Origin: Phallusia mammillata
Lineage: Eukaryota
Length of the DNA: 64,000 nt
Direction of reading: 5' to 3'
Assembly: GCA_965637545.1 (NCBI GenBank)
Contig: OZ281501.1
Location: 6,758,001-6,822,000, forward strand
Within the stretch, counting starts at the first letter, position 1, and each line of letters opens with the position of its first letter. The position numbers were made by a program, and so were the translations under genes. Shown here piece after piece: positions 1 through 14,000 of the stretch. The notes under the pieces were generated by a model, which saw nothing but the letters and a program-made list of their open reading frames with translations, was not told the origin of the DNA and made no database searches.

Positions 1-130
1 CTAAAACTACGACAAATGCGGCTAGAATAAGATCATGCCCGAACCAAGCCTGTTATATATTCGAACGTCAGACCGAACCCGACCATAAAAGCGCCAATCG
101 ATTTACAACTCAGTAAACATCGAATTTCAG

Positions 131-1050
131 GTTTGTTACTTGTGCGACCCGAAATGGATCGAGCCTATTCCGAAAAACCCTGCTTACGACGTCAAAATTG
201 TGCATCTTGTCCGCGACCCGCGAGCCATCATCAAGTCAAAGATCAGCCTTAAACACACACCGAACACAATCCACATAAACGAAGTCAGGTAGGATTAAAG
301 GATGTAGTTATGCCATTATCCAACGTTTGACTTACAATAAGGGCCTATAATAACACAGTTTTAAACCTTGAATTTTCGGAAAAGGCGAAATTTGACCAAA
401 TTGTTTAGTTAGAATGGTACTAAAACAGATACAGCTACTTTCAACTGGTGCCGCTTACAATAATGATGTAGCTGCACCACGTTTAGCCATTATCCACAAA
501 TCATGACTTTCACTTTTTATCGTTTCTTCACGTTTAAACACGCGCCGCTATCTCCGGTTGGCTTAATATTACGGTGCAATTGCGCCACTATATTTTTTTC
601 ACCAAGCAAACAAAACTTAACTCAACTTGTGTTTGCAGAGGAATGACAACCAAGACCTGTGAACAGGTCGAAACAATGACAAAATACGTCGACACCAATC
701 TAGCGCATGACAAGAGCAAATACTTCAGAATTCGACATGAGGATTTTGCACTGGACACAGTTGCTTGGACTCAAAAAATCTACGATTTTGTTGGACTACA
801 GATGACAACACAAATACAAAACTGGACTATTTCGGCAACTTCAGCAAAGAACCTAAAAAACCTGTCCAATAAAAACAAATTTGGTACCAAAAGGAACTCA
901 GCAGAGGTTGTAGTAAGTTGGCGGAAGCAACTATTGTTCGAACAAATCGAAGTTGTACAGGATAATTGTCAATATTACATGATGAGCTCTAACTACAGAG
1001 CATTCGACGACGAAGCCACTGTCCGAAACCTTGACGAGCCGAGTTTTTAA
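131..1050 (+). CDS. Carbohydrate (Gal/GlcNAc 6-O) sulfotransferase, CHST1/3/5-like, last two coding exons (gene begins upstream of window)
   Basis: Exons 131-288 and 639-1050 join in phase 2 (ag|gt...cag|a). Translation contains YDVKIVHLVRDPRA (3'-PAPS-binding motif) and RHEDFALD...IYDFVGL...WRKQLLFEQIEVVQDNC, typical of the CHST C-terminus. AATAAA at about 1136. Confidence 0.9.
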
Positions 1051-1290
1051 TGTGAGAAGCTTACAGCATGTGTATTATATTAACTGGTTCAAAGCCAGTG
1101 ATTGGCAACTTTATTCTCCATGTTCCTTAAAGTAAAATAAACAAATTAATTGATGACCATGAAGGCTTTCATGTTTGTTCGCCTTAAATACTGTAAGAAA
1201 TGTTCGTAAAATTTACTGACAAAAGCCGTTTGTTTTTCTGTCAATACCGTAGACAATATTTACCAATTTTGCTGTAAATTTGCCTTTTTT

Positions 1291-1343
1291 CACGGGGTTC
1301 GAACCCAGAACATTCCCGGGGACGAATCCCGATCAGGGTTTTT
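1291..1343. repeat. Dispersed repeat with tRNA B-box-like GGGTTCGAACCC; second copy at about 21263-21313
   Basis: ggggttcgaacccagaacattcccggggacgaatcccgatcagggtttt recurs as agggttcgaacccaggacaccgccggggacgaatcccgatcagggtttt at about 21263. Could be a SINE or MITE fragment; class not resolved. Confidence 0.55.
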
Positions 1344-3103
1344 ATCTCTATATATTGCGCTGATCAATAGCATTGCAGTACGCCAACACGTGATGTTAAT
1401 GTGGTGCATGCTACTGCCTGCTGTTGCCAAAAGACAAGAGACTGTTGTTTGTTGTCCAGCACAGCTAGTCATGCGATTAATTTTAGGTTTTGCTTTCTGT
1501 GCGATAAAACCTAAAATCGAAACAAGATCATCGTGTTTAGAAACCAGTGCGATTATTGGCGCCAAATAAAACATATTTGCAGACAGCTGTTAAAATGTTT
1601 TGTATTGCACTTTTCCAAGTCTTAGTATTGTAAGTTAAATGGAAACGAAATTTATTTGCGTTGAGCACATGTGAAAGGGAATTTAATGCTATCAATGAAA
1701 TCAAGCATGAAAAAGAACATATGCAAAAGAGGCAGTGATGGCACCGGTTCAGCCGCACCGGTTCTATAGAACCGTCTTACGAAATTTTATGAGATCAGCG
1801 AACCGGTTAGCATTACTGGTTACTATCAATGAACGTTTTGTAACAGAACCGGCTGAAAAATATGACTGTTGTAAAAGGACAGACTGACAAAAAATTTGAA
1901 TTCAACCACTGAAAGGGTTATGAAGTTAAGTGTCCGGATGTCCAATGTGAGTTTTCATACACTGTTGTGTCATATTTTTTTATCTCATTCAAGTCGCTGT
2001 CACACTTCTAGTCTCAGTTCCAGTTTGAATAATTTAACTCACAGGTTTGAAGAATGTGCAAAGACAACGTTTTAAGTGTTCCACGGCAAGTTGCTGAGGT
2101 AAACGCACAAATATCTATGCCATTTCCTTTTGAAACTGCTCTGAGACAACAAGCTCTTTTATTGAGAACTGTATAAACGAAGTTTATTCTAGTCCTGCTG
2201 TCAGGAGGGAAGTTGTCAAATTAACTGTTAAATAATTATTTTTTTTTAAATTTTGAACATACGAAACGACCTGGAAGAAAAAACCTCGAAGTTGTTGCTT
2301 TTATCAAAAGGTATTCAAAATCATTTGAGGATAGCATTGACGGGGATAGAATTGGAAATGGAATCGATGATGTGCCAGTGCCACCAATCAGTTGGTATAT
2401 AAAGTAGAAAACGAAACAAGGAAGGATAGGAAGTGGATGAAAGAATTTAAACTTGCAAAAGTAAAGCCTTAAGATGTATCCCACAAAAAAGGATCTAAAA
2501 TTAGTTTTTTACCAGCACTTGCATGCAGAATAAAAGTAAAGTCAAGGAGTATATGAATAATGAGCGCCAAGAGGATATTTCAAAGAAAACTTTGGTGTCA
2601 ATCAAAATGACCATTTTTGTTTGAGGAAGATGTCATATACTCAGACTACAGTCTAAAGATTGTCAACCTATCAGATTGTAAAAACAAATTAATTGAAGTC
2701 CTAAATGAGAGATCTACAAGAATATACAAGTAAACACACAACCCAAATGTATTGTATTGCTTTAAAACCCATTGAAATAACTCGTGTTATGTTCTACTTT
2801 TTTCAGAATTTTGAAACATCAGGCTACTGTACATTTTATTAAGTTGTGTCTTTGTAGGGCAGGGCCGAATCCGGCCCGCGAGGTCACTCCATCTGATTTT
2901 CATCTAAGATTCACAAGTATGGAAATTGTTAAAGATATACAGATAAACAGCAGCTCCCTACGACATTAAGACACTAGTAGTAAGCATGGTACTCACACTT
3001 CAACAACTTGGTTGTTAAATCGCTGTAAGATGAATTGCGACACTAATGTTACTGGAGTAAAGTCTGGTCCTAACCAAGCCCGTTTTAATAAACCTTTAGA
3101 GTA

Positions 3104-4307
3104 CAGTGGTTCCCAACCTTTTTTGGTGTCAGGGCCGAATTTCAAATTTCAGAGTACGTTTGGAGCCGCACGAATATACTCATTAAGTATAACAAAAATT
3201 ATAAAGCATGAAAGCACGTACCAACGAATAGCAACACTAACAAGAAAAAACACACAAATCAATTTAATGTCCAACTTGGCATTGGCTTTGAGCTTTAAGA
3301 AGTGTGTCAAAGCGAGGCGTAATTGCAGAGGATGCAGTACGCAGTAGCTGCTTGAGGTGGTCATCGGTCAATCGATTGCGATATTGATTTTTGATTATGA
3401 CCATTTTGCTGAAAAGTGCTTCACACACATAAGTTGATCCAAATAGAGAGGTGTTTTTCTGGGCATTGGTTATCAAGTTGGGATACTTTCCCTCTGGAAC
3501 TTGACTCCAAAATTCAAGTAAGTCTTCACTTTTAAATAATTGCTTGAGCTCGATATCTGACTGCATGTCTAGCAACTCCAATTGAAAATTGTCAGGGGCA
3601 GTGGCCACATTAATTGCAATAGGATTTGAATTAAGAGATTCCAACTTCCTTTTCCTTGATTCTCCTTGGTAGCAATCATATTCTGAAGAATGAGTTTTGT
3701 AGTGCCTCTCAATGTTAAAAGATTTTACGCTACTTATCACCACAGGACAAAGAAGGCAATGGGCTTTGTTGTCTACCTCAATTTGAAAATACTTTGCTTC
3801 CCAATCACTTTGAAAAACACGATTTTCCTGCTGAAGTGTACGTGCTTTCTTTGAAGGCTGTTCTGACATAATTTAAAGCTTGAATATACCTAAAACTTAA
3901 GTAAATGACTGATTATCCTACTGCAGTTTTATAGCGGTTGTAACTACTTTAGATCAAGTTCAATAAAAAGTTCACAAAAATAGAGTAAAATCGAGAAGAA
4001 CTGGACAGCTGCTGCTGGGTTTTGCCTTAACTATAGCTGCTGCTCGTTCAAATGGAAAGTTATGACACATTGCTTTGAAACAACAGTGACGTAACAATAG
4101 CAGTCTATTCACAACTTTCCTCTCATCTTAATTATAAACTCCAGACTCCAAGCCAAGCAAGGGTAATTTTTGAATATGATTTTTATTTTTTTGTTATAAA
4201 TAGATTTTTTTAAATATTTTTGTGGGATTTTCAAACGTCAATGAGAGCCGCAAGAAGGCTAGCTGGGAGCCGCATGCGGCTCTAGGAGCCGCGGTTGGGA
4301 ATCACTG
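3104..4307 (-). mobile_element. hAT (Charlie/SPIN/GTF2IRD2-like) DNA transposon, internally deleted
   Basis: 15-bp TIRs CAGTGGTTCCCAACC (3104) and GGTTGGGAATCACTG (4293-4307), 1 mismatch. Near-TSD ctttagag (3094-3101) / ctttagac (4308-4315). Contains a transposase-derived ORF. Confidence 0.85.
3264..3869 (-). CDS. Truncated hAT transposase: N-terminal zinc finger fused in frame to C-terminal dimerisation domain, catalytic core absent
   Basis: 201-aa ORF. FQSDWEAKYF..HCLLC...NIERHYKTH (BED-like Zn finger) is followed directly by APDNFQLELLDMQ..FWSQV...YPNL..LFGSTYVCEALFSKM..KNQYRNRLTDDHL (hAT dimerisation region). Confidence 0.8.
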   Translation of the reverse strand: MSEQPSKKARTLQQENRVFQSDWEAKYFQIEVDNKAHCLLCPVVISSVKSFNIERHYKTHSSEYDCYQGESRKRKLESLNSNPIAINVATAPDNFQLELLDMQSDIELKQLFKSEDLLEFWSQVPEGKYPNLITNAQKNTSLFGSTYVCEALFSKMVIIKNQYRNRLTDDHLKQLLRTASSAITPRFDTLLKAQSQCQVGH

Positions 4308-4900
4308 CTTTAGACCAAACCCGGCCCGAAAAGCGCTACTCGATATCGAGTTGAAAAATTTACAACTCAGTGTTGAAAAATTAATGAAAAAAAAATCGAA
4401 ACAAAATTTGAAACAAAAACTTCGTTTTCATTTTTTTCGTTTTGGATCGTGCTATAGGACATTTCATGTTGAAGAAATGCTAATGAAACGTTATAATGCA
4501 AAAAGCGGGCAGCTTGAAAACATGTGTCTACATATTTCCACGTTCAATGCGAGCAATTCGGCAACTTTATTCGCTATGTTCTTAAAAGTAAAATACAAAA
4601 ATTAATCGACAGTCATGAAGGCTTTCGTTGGCCACCTTTAAATAATTCTATGACAGGTGTAATTGTGTATGAAACCAATGTTTTGCGTTGTTTTGATTTT
4701 TCAATGTAATTAAATTACCACGTTTAACGTCAAAGCGAAATGAACTGTACTTTTGTGGCAACAATGTCGCAAAACCATCCGAAAATTGTTGATCAGACAT
4801 TATTGGAAGCAAAAACAGAATACTGCCACCTTTAAAGGTTTGATTAAAAAGTGAGCAGAAAACCATAAATAGACGAAAGGCATAGGTCTATACTCTATAG

Positions 4901-5243
4901 CAGGGCTACTCAAATGGCGGACCGCGGTGCATATCCGGACCTTTGAGGCGTTGAATGTGGACCTCGACAGTTTTTTGATGACGGCAACATATTATAGAAT
5001 ATAGACCATCATTTGTGCGTTAATTACCTAAACATTGCTATGTAGAGACAGTTTTTAACTGGGGTCCGCATATAGCGATTGATCTGCGAGGAGTCTTGCC
5101 AAAATCTTATGTGATTTCAGATTGTCCAACCGTTACGAAAAAATGGTCGATTATTCAACTTTACAATTAAAAGTGTCCGGACCTATGGTAATTTTTACCT
5201 TTTCTATCTGGACCTTTGACAAAACTAATTGAGTAGCACTTTG
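4901..5243. mobile_element. hAT-type MITE
   Basis: Starts CAGGGCTACTCAA, ends TTGAGTAGCACT(TT)G; internal ggaccgc/ccggacc subterminal motifs. TSD is imperfect. Confidence 0.6.
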
Positions 5244-8200
5244 CTCTAGCGATACATTTAATACGACAAAAAGGTTACAAAACGTCGAAAGCGAAGATCA
5301 AAAAGCCTATTGCGTCACCAAGCGGCAAAAACCAAACACTAATCCAACCGGACGAAGCCGCCAATCACCAGACTAATAGTGTAACAATATTTCTCAAAAC
5401 ATTAGCCAAAGTACCTGTTTTTATACAATACTGTACGGTGCCTGCTACATATATATCAGGCGTCGGAAACCCACAACTAAATGTGCTCCTTAAAATTTAA
5501 AAACAATAAATTAAGAGTCTAAAGAATTTGATTGTTATTTTGTTCACGAGCAGTGGTTTACTGACGAAATTATGAATATATATTTATTACCTAATTTGTT
5601 AAAAAAATGCAAACCAAGATTTGTGTGATAGCCAGATGCAGTAAACAAAACAACCACTTTAGGCTCGCGGGCCATAGGTTCCCGAACCACGATATAGGCT
5701 ATACATAGGCTACATGAAACTGACCGGGTCTCGTACAGATTAATGCCTCAACTTCGAACCGTTTGAAACAAAAAATATATCGACAGTAGGCTATGACATG
5801 AATAGCAATTGCAACAAAATACCAAACCGTATAGTTTTAAACTTGGTCGCTATATACGATATATTACACGTTGCTGCCAAAGAATTGCAAGTCGGGTCAC
5901 GTTTGGGGTATTTTTTTTATGAAAACAGACCTGACTTTAAACTCGACCTGACTTCACTTTGTGCGGCAATTTCTTTAACTTTTAGGTTTCGTTTTGGGAG
6001 AGATTGGGTTTGGGCTCCACTTTATGGTATCGCAAAATCATTAAATATGTTAAGCTAGTCATTGTTTGCCAACATTGCCAAAAATGTCAAAGTGCAGATT
6101 CAAATGCAGAAATGTTATCAAGAGAAACAAAATTCAGCTATGCCTAACCTGAAAGGCGCATCTCAAAAGTGAAAAAATGGCGTACTGTCTGCGAGATTGA
6201 AGTTTAACTGAAAAAGTGACAATTTTATACCTCGTGCGAAACATGTTCGTTGGAGCGAACACTTTGTGCAATATTTGTAAGTTTGACGCAGTAAATCGAC
6301 GTGAGGGCGCAAAAAATCCAGTATTAAAACCTCGTAAACATTACATTGCACAGATTTACAATGTTTTGGTAACAACCTAAATTACTGACCATCATCAACA
6401 GCCCCTTCTCTTCTCAAGCAGTGGATATCCACCACGGCCAAAAAATGAATTGATAGGCTAAGACCTTAACAAAAGGTTTGACTTTGTTGTCCACGCTGTT
6501 TAATAAGTGTCATCTAACGTGTTTTAATAAAGTGGACTCCACTTCAAGATAGGGAGGCTGTTGATGGGTTATGTTTGCTGTAATGAAGTAGTGTCAGTTT
6601 TATCGTAAAAAGTCGTGAAGAACCATTCCAAAAGAATCCAAACTTTCTTTCAATAACTTTTAAAGATTTGGCTGGACTCGGAACCCATAATGACTTGAGA
6701 CTCAAACCCCTTTTGACTTGTTACCCAACCCAGCTGATCATAAAAATCCTTGTCAATATCTGTCTATAGTGGGGTGAAAGGGGCTTTTGCACGCTTTGAG
6801 ACAGTATTACCGCGTGGATTCAGTCCTTCAAAAACAGAGTTTTGCGGAAGTACTTTTCAAACCAAATAATTTTTTTATTAGATGCTGAATTGAAACCCAG
6901 TTTCTATAGTTTGTCATGAACTTGCTCAACCACGTGCAAACAATGCCTGCAATATGTGCTCCAGAATAATACACTCGTCCACAAAGGACATTTTGATCAA
7001 AGGCCGAAATGATTACACGAACATGTTAACACACTTTTCACGTATCTGACGTTCGTCATCGAGGGACAAATCAAGAGTTATCAGATAAAAAATATCATTG
7101 TACCTGTCAAAAGAACAAAATGGAAAAATCGTTGTTTGCATTGTTTGATTCTACAATAAAGTTTTGTTCAACGTTTCTTTTTTGTGTTGCCGAAAACACT
7201 AATGACCCCGGCAAGATAATAGATAACATCGCATTGTGACGCACGAATGGATCGTTTGTTTGTTGGTGGATAGGACTTTGCATTTGTTGCCTAACACGTT
7301 GCTCACGTGGTAATTGCCACAAGAATTTCTTCCTGCCTAACGTAATAAATGTAACTCCTCTGTTAGATTTGGAACACAAAATGACAACTTATTCAAAGAA
7401 CTGCCACCAAACCAGTTTGAGATAACTTTGTGATTGCATTGTGTGGAAAACTTGCAGAATTGGATGGTATAGGTTGTTTTCAGTTGGTATCCTTCAGAGA
7501 GGGAAAACTTACTATTTCCAATTGACAGAGGTAATTACAGTATTACAAAGTGCAGCAACATTTACATTTATGTTAACCTAATAGTTTATGTATTTATATA
7601 TTGTGTACCACTGTTACCTTGGCGTGGTGAACATATTTACCATGCCATGTAATTAACACATCCATAATATTGTGGTTTTCAGTTCTCAAAATGACCAAAC
7701 TTTCCAAAATACATTCCATGTGCGTAAAAGCAGATGACTGTTTTCTCTAGGTGTAAGTTCACAGAAGCATTGCATAACAATGAGGGATTGCAAACATAAC
7801 ACTGAATATCCACCATTTTAACTTTCAAGCATCAGTACAAAGAAAATTGTGTATATGCCATCTTGTGCTCAATTCAATGAGGTCCTGAAAACAAAGTTTA
7901 ATGGTAAAAAATGTTCAATTACTGCAACACAAATAACTCACCTTTTGTGCGGCATTGTTATTGTGTACAATGACTATGTAAAAAATGCTACATTTTTATT
8001 AAAATTTGGAAACTACACTTAAGTATATATTTTGGCAATCTTATTCATTGATGTACCTACTTCACTTCTGTATTTTTATATATGCAGTAGTTGATACAGT
8101 TGAAGTGTGAAAAACTTTTGTTTAACATTTTCAATTGGTTTTATTTTAAAAACAAACAAATTTGCTGACCAAAATTCTGAAATAAATTTATAGCTAACAG

Positions 8201-11078
8201 CTCAAATTTAACGTGTGAAACTGATGACTAAGCAGCGAAATCTGATAGTTCCTATCACTTTTTACTCGGATTCCCGAAGAGTTGAAATACAGTCCACCTG
8301 GGCAAAATCTCATTTTTATTCAAAAAAATCCCTCCAGTCGTGTCGTAAACTTTTACCACACACACAGAAGTCATTTTGAGTTTTTAGATATCACGTAAAA
8401 GTAATAACATGTTTAATACCTTGTGCCAGCTCAGTTTCAACTACTTGGAACCGAAACCTTATTCTTTTTGAATTACACAAACTACATTTTCCATAACTTT
8501 AAACGTAGAGATTTGCAAGCTTAGGCAAAGTTATTTTGAGATCTCGATTGTTTACAATTTTATACCGTTTTGGGGGTTGTAGGAAAATGTTATCTTGCTG
8601 GACACTAAAATTGCACCCTTTTCAGGAGTCTTCAATTTAAACCTCTTTACCTTGACAAGACCATTAATTACGATACCAGCCGTCGAAAACAGGTAATACC
8701 ATGCAATTGTGAGCGATCGCCTGGCGATAAACCGTCGAGGATTAACATCCCGAGTAAGTAATAATCCCTCTGACGCGTGAAAACAATATCTTTCCGCGAA
8801 CTCCCAATGACATCATGAAGAATAGGAGTCTAGAAATGATGTAAGTAAATCACTAATGGAACCGAATTTCAGGCTTTTAGCTATTATGACTTTAATATTT
8901 ATTTAAAAGAGTCAACGGAAAGAATGTGTGACTGTTTAAACAACCTGTCTAGACTGTGTTAGTTCTGTCATAAACAAACCTTTTAGACTTTTTACTCATA
9001 TGTCTGAAATGTATTACAGATCAAGTTTAAGGGTTTTGACGAGTGTAACTTGGTCTATTGTGTAGGTAACCTTTTCACTATTATCATCATTTAACATCAA
9101 CGTAAACCGGCGAATAGCTTCCGTTGATATTATCGCTTTGTTTATGTTATGATGTTTAAAGGGTGTCGACATTGACTTATGCCTCGTCTTCGAAAGGCGC
9201 CGGACACTTGGTTTACACCAAGATACAGCGAATCACAGTAAACACAAGGGCTCATCTAATTCAACCTGCTGTCGGCCGTGCAATTACATCATTGTTTTTG
9301 CGAAGACAGACCACAAACACATGATGGATTGAGTGAATTGCGTATGTCTCCAGGGCCGTATGACTCGCGGCTCTGTTTCATTTCGGACTGCATTGTCTCA
9401 ACGGTGTGCGATAATCACGGTTTGATGCAATACAACCGGCACATTGTTCGCCTCCATCTGATCAGGTCACGCCAATTAAAGTAGTTGTCTATCATCGCCC
9501 GGCGAAAATAGCAGTGACGACCGAACACTGTTGCTCCTAGGTTACATAGGAACCTTATCGTCAACCCGGAAAGCCGGTGCGGGTGGTAATTGCGCTAATT
9601 GACTTTGTGTAATTTTCGCTATCGTTACTTGAACTTTGTTATGCACGGAACTATAGCGTGCCGTCCTGACTTGATTAGATCAAACCAGCAGGCCATCTTT
9701 GACGCTTTTGACAAGGCGTAATCATCACGTTTGATCAGGTGATGTGGCTCACGTCAGAGCTTTTGTGGCAGCGTGCTGCATGACAATCAATGTGAAGAGG
9801 CCGCGGTTAACGGATTGGCATTTGTTCTGTTGTAAGGATATCAAAAGCGGTTGCAACGGAGAAATTGAAAGGTTTGCTTCACTTTCCAAAGAGTATCGAA
9901 ATGGTTAGCGGAATTGCTAAGTGGCTAATTGTTTTCTACCACAAATATCGATTGGTCCTTAATTCGGAACCAACTCCAATACTCCCACTTAGGCCTACTT
10001 AACGCATACCAAAGTTTAATGACACAGGAAAACATATTTTATATTGATTGTGAACAAACCTATGGACTATTGCAGTAAATGAGCTGCTGCTGTGAGTAAT
10101 ACCGCATGAACAATGATTGTTCTTCCAACAGGCTATTGTAAATGCTTCGTAATGTCACCCCTATAACTTCTCTTGTGCGTTTGTACATTTTTAAAGATTT
10201 GAGTCAGTTTTTGCCAGAAGTGTTTGTTTTTGGAATGCTGTTGAGATTCGTTAAATGGCCAGTAGGAATTTGAGGCTAGATCATGCGGTTTCGAGCTAAT
10301 GGAAGAAATGTAACCACCATGACGTTTTCAATTGCTGTTACACAACTTTCGGCTAAAAATGCAGGCACATGGACATGTTGTTATATGTCATCAAATACCA
10401 CACTACAAAACGTTACATCGCCGAACATTACAACCTATTGTGACTAAATTAAGTGGTCAAGCAATTAGACCGCATTGGCCCGCGCCCACGAAACGGGATG
10501 GCCCGCGACGGCAATAACGGCGCCACTTCAGGAATGACCACAATTTCTGAGGGCGCGTTGTTGACAACTGTTACGTAACCACCACGCGTACAGGTATACA
10601 AAATGCGTTCATATATTGGCGCGCGAAACTGTACACAGTAAACAAATCGTAGGGGGAATAATAAATAAGAAAGGCACACGCGGTAGAAAATAACAAAAAC
10701 AAACTGAAAAACAGATGCGGTTGGGCAGATACAGCTGCAACTGCAAAAAGCGTATTAAAAAAACACGTTGGCCGCAAATACTTGAAGCATCATTTGAAGA
10801 GTTTTCTTCCTTCGCAGGCCAAACGAACGAACGCGAACGAACGAACAAACGAACGAGGTATTGCGTTGTAGCACCGATGGTTTGGGCTGCGAAGGATATT
10901 TTTCAACCTCCATACAACTACTCTGTGTCCGCTTGGGAAACGAAGCGAAACCAGCGCAGTGAACTTATTAGGGCATTTGTCGCAACGATAAAAAATAAAC
11001 AAAACAAAACACTTGTAGAAAAGTCAACCTTCCTCGAGGAATGTATGGCACAGTGAAGCTTGGGAGCTTTAAACTTGC

Positions 11079-14000
11079 TCAACTATCAACTGGCATATTC
11101 CGGTAGCTTAAGCGGTTCTTGGCTGGAAGCTGATTGGCCGAGAGACAGTTTCTGTGGCAACGACAGTTGGATATCATCATGAGATTCTTGTTAAACCGGG
11201 CGCCACTCGGACAAACAAATCTGACGTTGGCTGTGCGTGTATGTCTCGGCGTGCAGCACCTGGTAATGGAAAATGCAAGTGATTGAATGTCAATGCCACA
11301 AGATGTGGTGTGAACGCGTGCCAGTGCCTGTCAGGTTGATGTCTATGCGAAGAACCATAGGAATGTGAAATTGCTGCACGACTTGTCGGAAAGTATGTCT
11401 AGCGACATGTTCTAGATTGGCAGAAATGCATTGAATTCTCATAGACAAACAAATTGCAAGTGACATAAACGAGTGTTTTGTACGCGTCGATTGTATATTA
11501 GGCCGAGTCTTTCGGTTCATTTAGGATTTGGTAATAGTTCAGCCCTTGGTTGTATTTGTGTTTTAATAGAACAAACTTAAAATGGGCCTGACTTTACAAT
11601 AAATCACACTTGTGTTACAACTTAACTTCCGTGTTCACAACTATAGGTCTAATTTGGCCTCATTATTTTACACAACATGGACGAAGCAGCCAAAATAATT
11701 TACTTTTAACGTTTCAGCACAACTGAACGTTATTGTTATCTTTTACATTTTTGCGGAGTGTTAATTGATGGTTACATCATCGTAAGTTAAAAGGTTCGTA
11801 GTATAATGTTTTCAAGTTCGCTTCTGGAGTAATGTACAAGGTTTAGCTCCAATATCTTCAATGCTGATAATGATTTCAAATGCTTACCTATCCTGGTCCA
11901 AACACAGCCCGCAGTATTTTAACCGAAGCCGTCGAACGCTTTGGCATCCGGCATAGTCCACATGCACTCGCTTAGGAGACCGGCGAAATTTGCTGCACCT
12001 GCGGCCGTGCTGTGAAAAGAACACCGGGCGATGAAATATTAGACACTAGAGGGGTTATAATTACAGTTTTTTTTTACTTTTGTAAATTGCGTATGAATGT
12101 GTACATGATTGATTTAACTTTAAGACTGTTTATCTTATACAGAGAGCATATACGAAGATTTGACTACATATTTATCACATCAAAACACAATTGTGTTGAC
12201 AAGCCGGCCATGAAAATCGAAATTATTTAAGTAGGCTAATTGTATTTTTACGAATAATTAGCAGAATATATTAGCGTTTGCGACCACCATATATAACCAA
12301 CAACGAAAACGATGAGTCACATAGTTTGGGATATTAACACAAATTGATCAAATTTTTACCTTTGGTTTAAAAAGTTGATTCTGGTCGCATGGACGAACAA
12401 TGCAAAGTCGAATCTCTCGTTTCAAGCGGCATTCTGCGTTCAAATTTGCCACGCGAGTCGAAATTCCGAGTCCGCAAGTCTTTGAGCAGGCGCTCCACAG
12501 GGACATACGTGTTGTGCAGTGGGGTCGGCTTCTATGTTGGTGTACGGAAGTTGCTACATCGACTTTGGTCACTGTCGAAGCCAGGCAAGCAATGTTGAGT
12601 AAACAAGCCAAGGGAAAAACTCCACTTAAGGTTAGATAGACTTTCATCTTGTTTGAATTAACAGTACAGCTTTTATGCTTAGTCCTACACGTGGGACGCT
12701 TGTTCAACAAAGTTTTTCTGAAGGCGCAAAAAAACACGTATAAGTTGAAGAACAATAATACAGCTGATACACTGAATCTCTAAATTTATTGTTTGTCTGC
12801 AATAATGCCTCTAACCCTGAGGTCTGACCTTTTTGTCCGATTTAAGAATCCTTGCTTGAAAATAATACTGCCCAATGCCGACTTATGAACTTAAACAATG
12901 ATTTTTTTGATTTACGTAAAGTTCGGTGTCACGAGTCTTCACCTGAACGTCATAACATTTTCCTATTTCGGGTCGTTCTTGGCCAATTAATACCAGCATC
13001 AGCCAAATTCATCGCTACCCAATGCGCTCAATTAACTGGCACCGCAAACCATCCGCGAAATGCTATATTTAGGTCAGTAAATAATATTTTCCTGCAATAC
13101 GCCGCGTGCGGATGTATTTCGTCGCCAAAGGAGCTACCTCTGAACGCCGCAACCTGACAATCGACCTGCTGCTTGGATGAGTCGCAAGTGCCTCTCTATT
13201 ACTCTGCTGCATACACAGGTCAAATCGCGAAGTGTCAGCAAATTGAATACGCGCTGACCGCAGATCTTGCATTCCGGATACTGGCAATTGGCTCCAGCAT
13301 ACACCATACATGCTCAGTACTTGTCTTGGCGGCGCTGACAAGCGTTGAAGGATCACCCATCGTGTCACATGCATTTATAAGGCGCTGACCAACGCACGCG
13401 CTAAGCCCACAAAGCCTGAGGTGGCCCACTTCAGCGAACATCGGCGTATGACGTCAGGCGATAGTGGCGATGGCATATGGCAACCTTGCGCTTTAAAAGA
13501 GTTCCTAAATACTCCCGGACGCATCCTGAGTCATGAACTAAGGGCATCGGGAATGACAATACGCCACTTATGGCGGCCCTGAATCACTAGCCCCTTTGCT
13601 CTTCTGGCGCTGACGTTATTTCCGTTAATTTCTGTTCAACACTCGGCGTTTATCGTGATCGAAATCTTCGCCATTACGACATTAATCTCCTCTCGTAATC
13701 ACAAGCGCATGTTCGCGCGACGTCAAGTGCCGAAACGCGGTCACACAACCACTGCAACGCTCCGAAAATCTCTTCTGCTTTATCAAGAGTACCGAAAGCA
13801 TATTGTCCACGCGCAAGACCGCCTCAAGACTTTTTGCACAAAGAAATCGCGTCGTAAAATTCGCAACGTCGCCCGTTAGCTAGGCAATTTGAAGACAGGT
13901 TTATGTGTTGCCGCGGCGCGCACCGTTTTAAGACGTATCAGCTGTATTAACGGCATGCCAAGAGCGGTTATAAATACGCCCGGCAAAAGGGTTTTCGCGA

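Noticed and set aside
6800-8560. Possible decayed P-element/THAP-type or other transposase relic on the minus strand
   Set aside because: Only short, ambiguous peptide fragments (e.g. DVIYYLAGVIS) with many stops. No convincing catalytic motif or termini by eye; needs tBLASTn.
8680-10850. Cluster of short overlapping ORFs downstream of CCN
   Set aside because: No domain, no splice-consistent chain, and ORFs on both strands. More consistent with 3' UTR or regulatory DNA, including a (CGAA)n microsatellite near 10820-10857.
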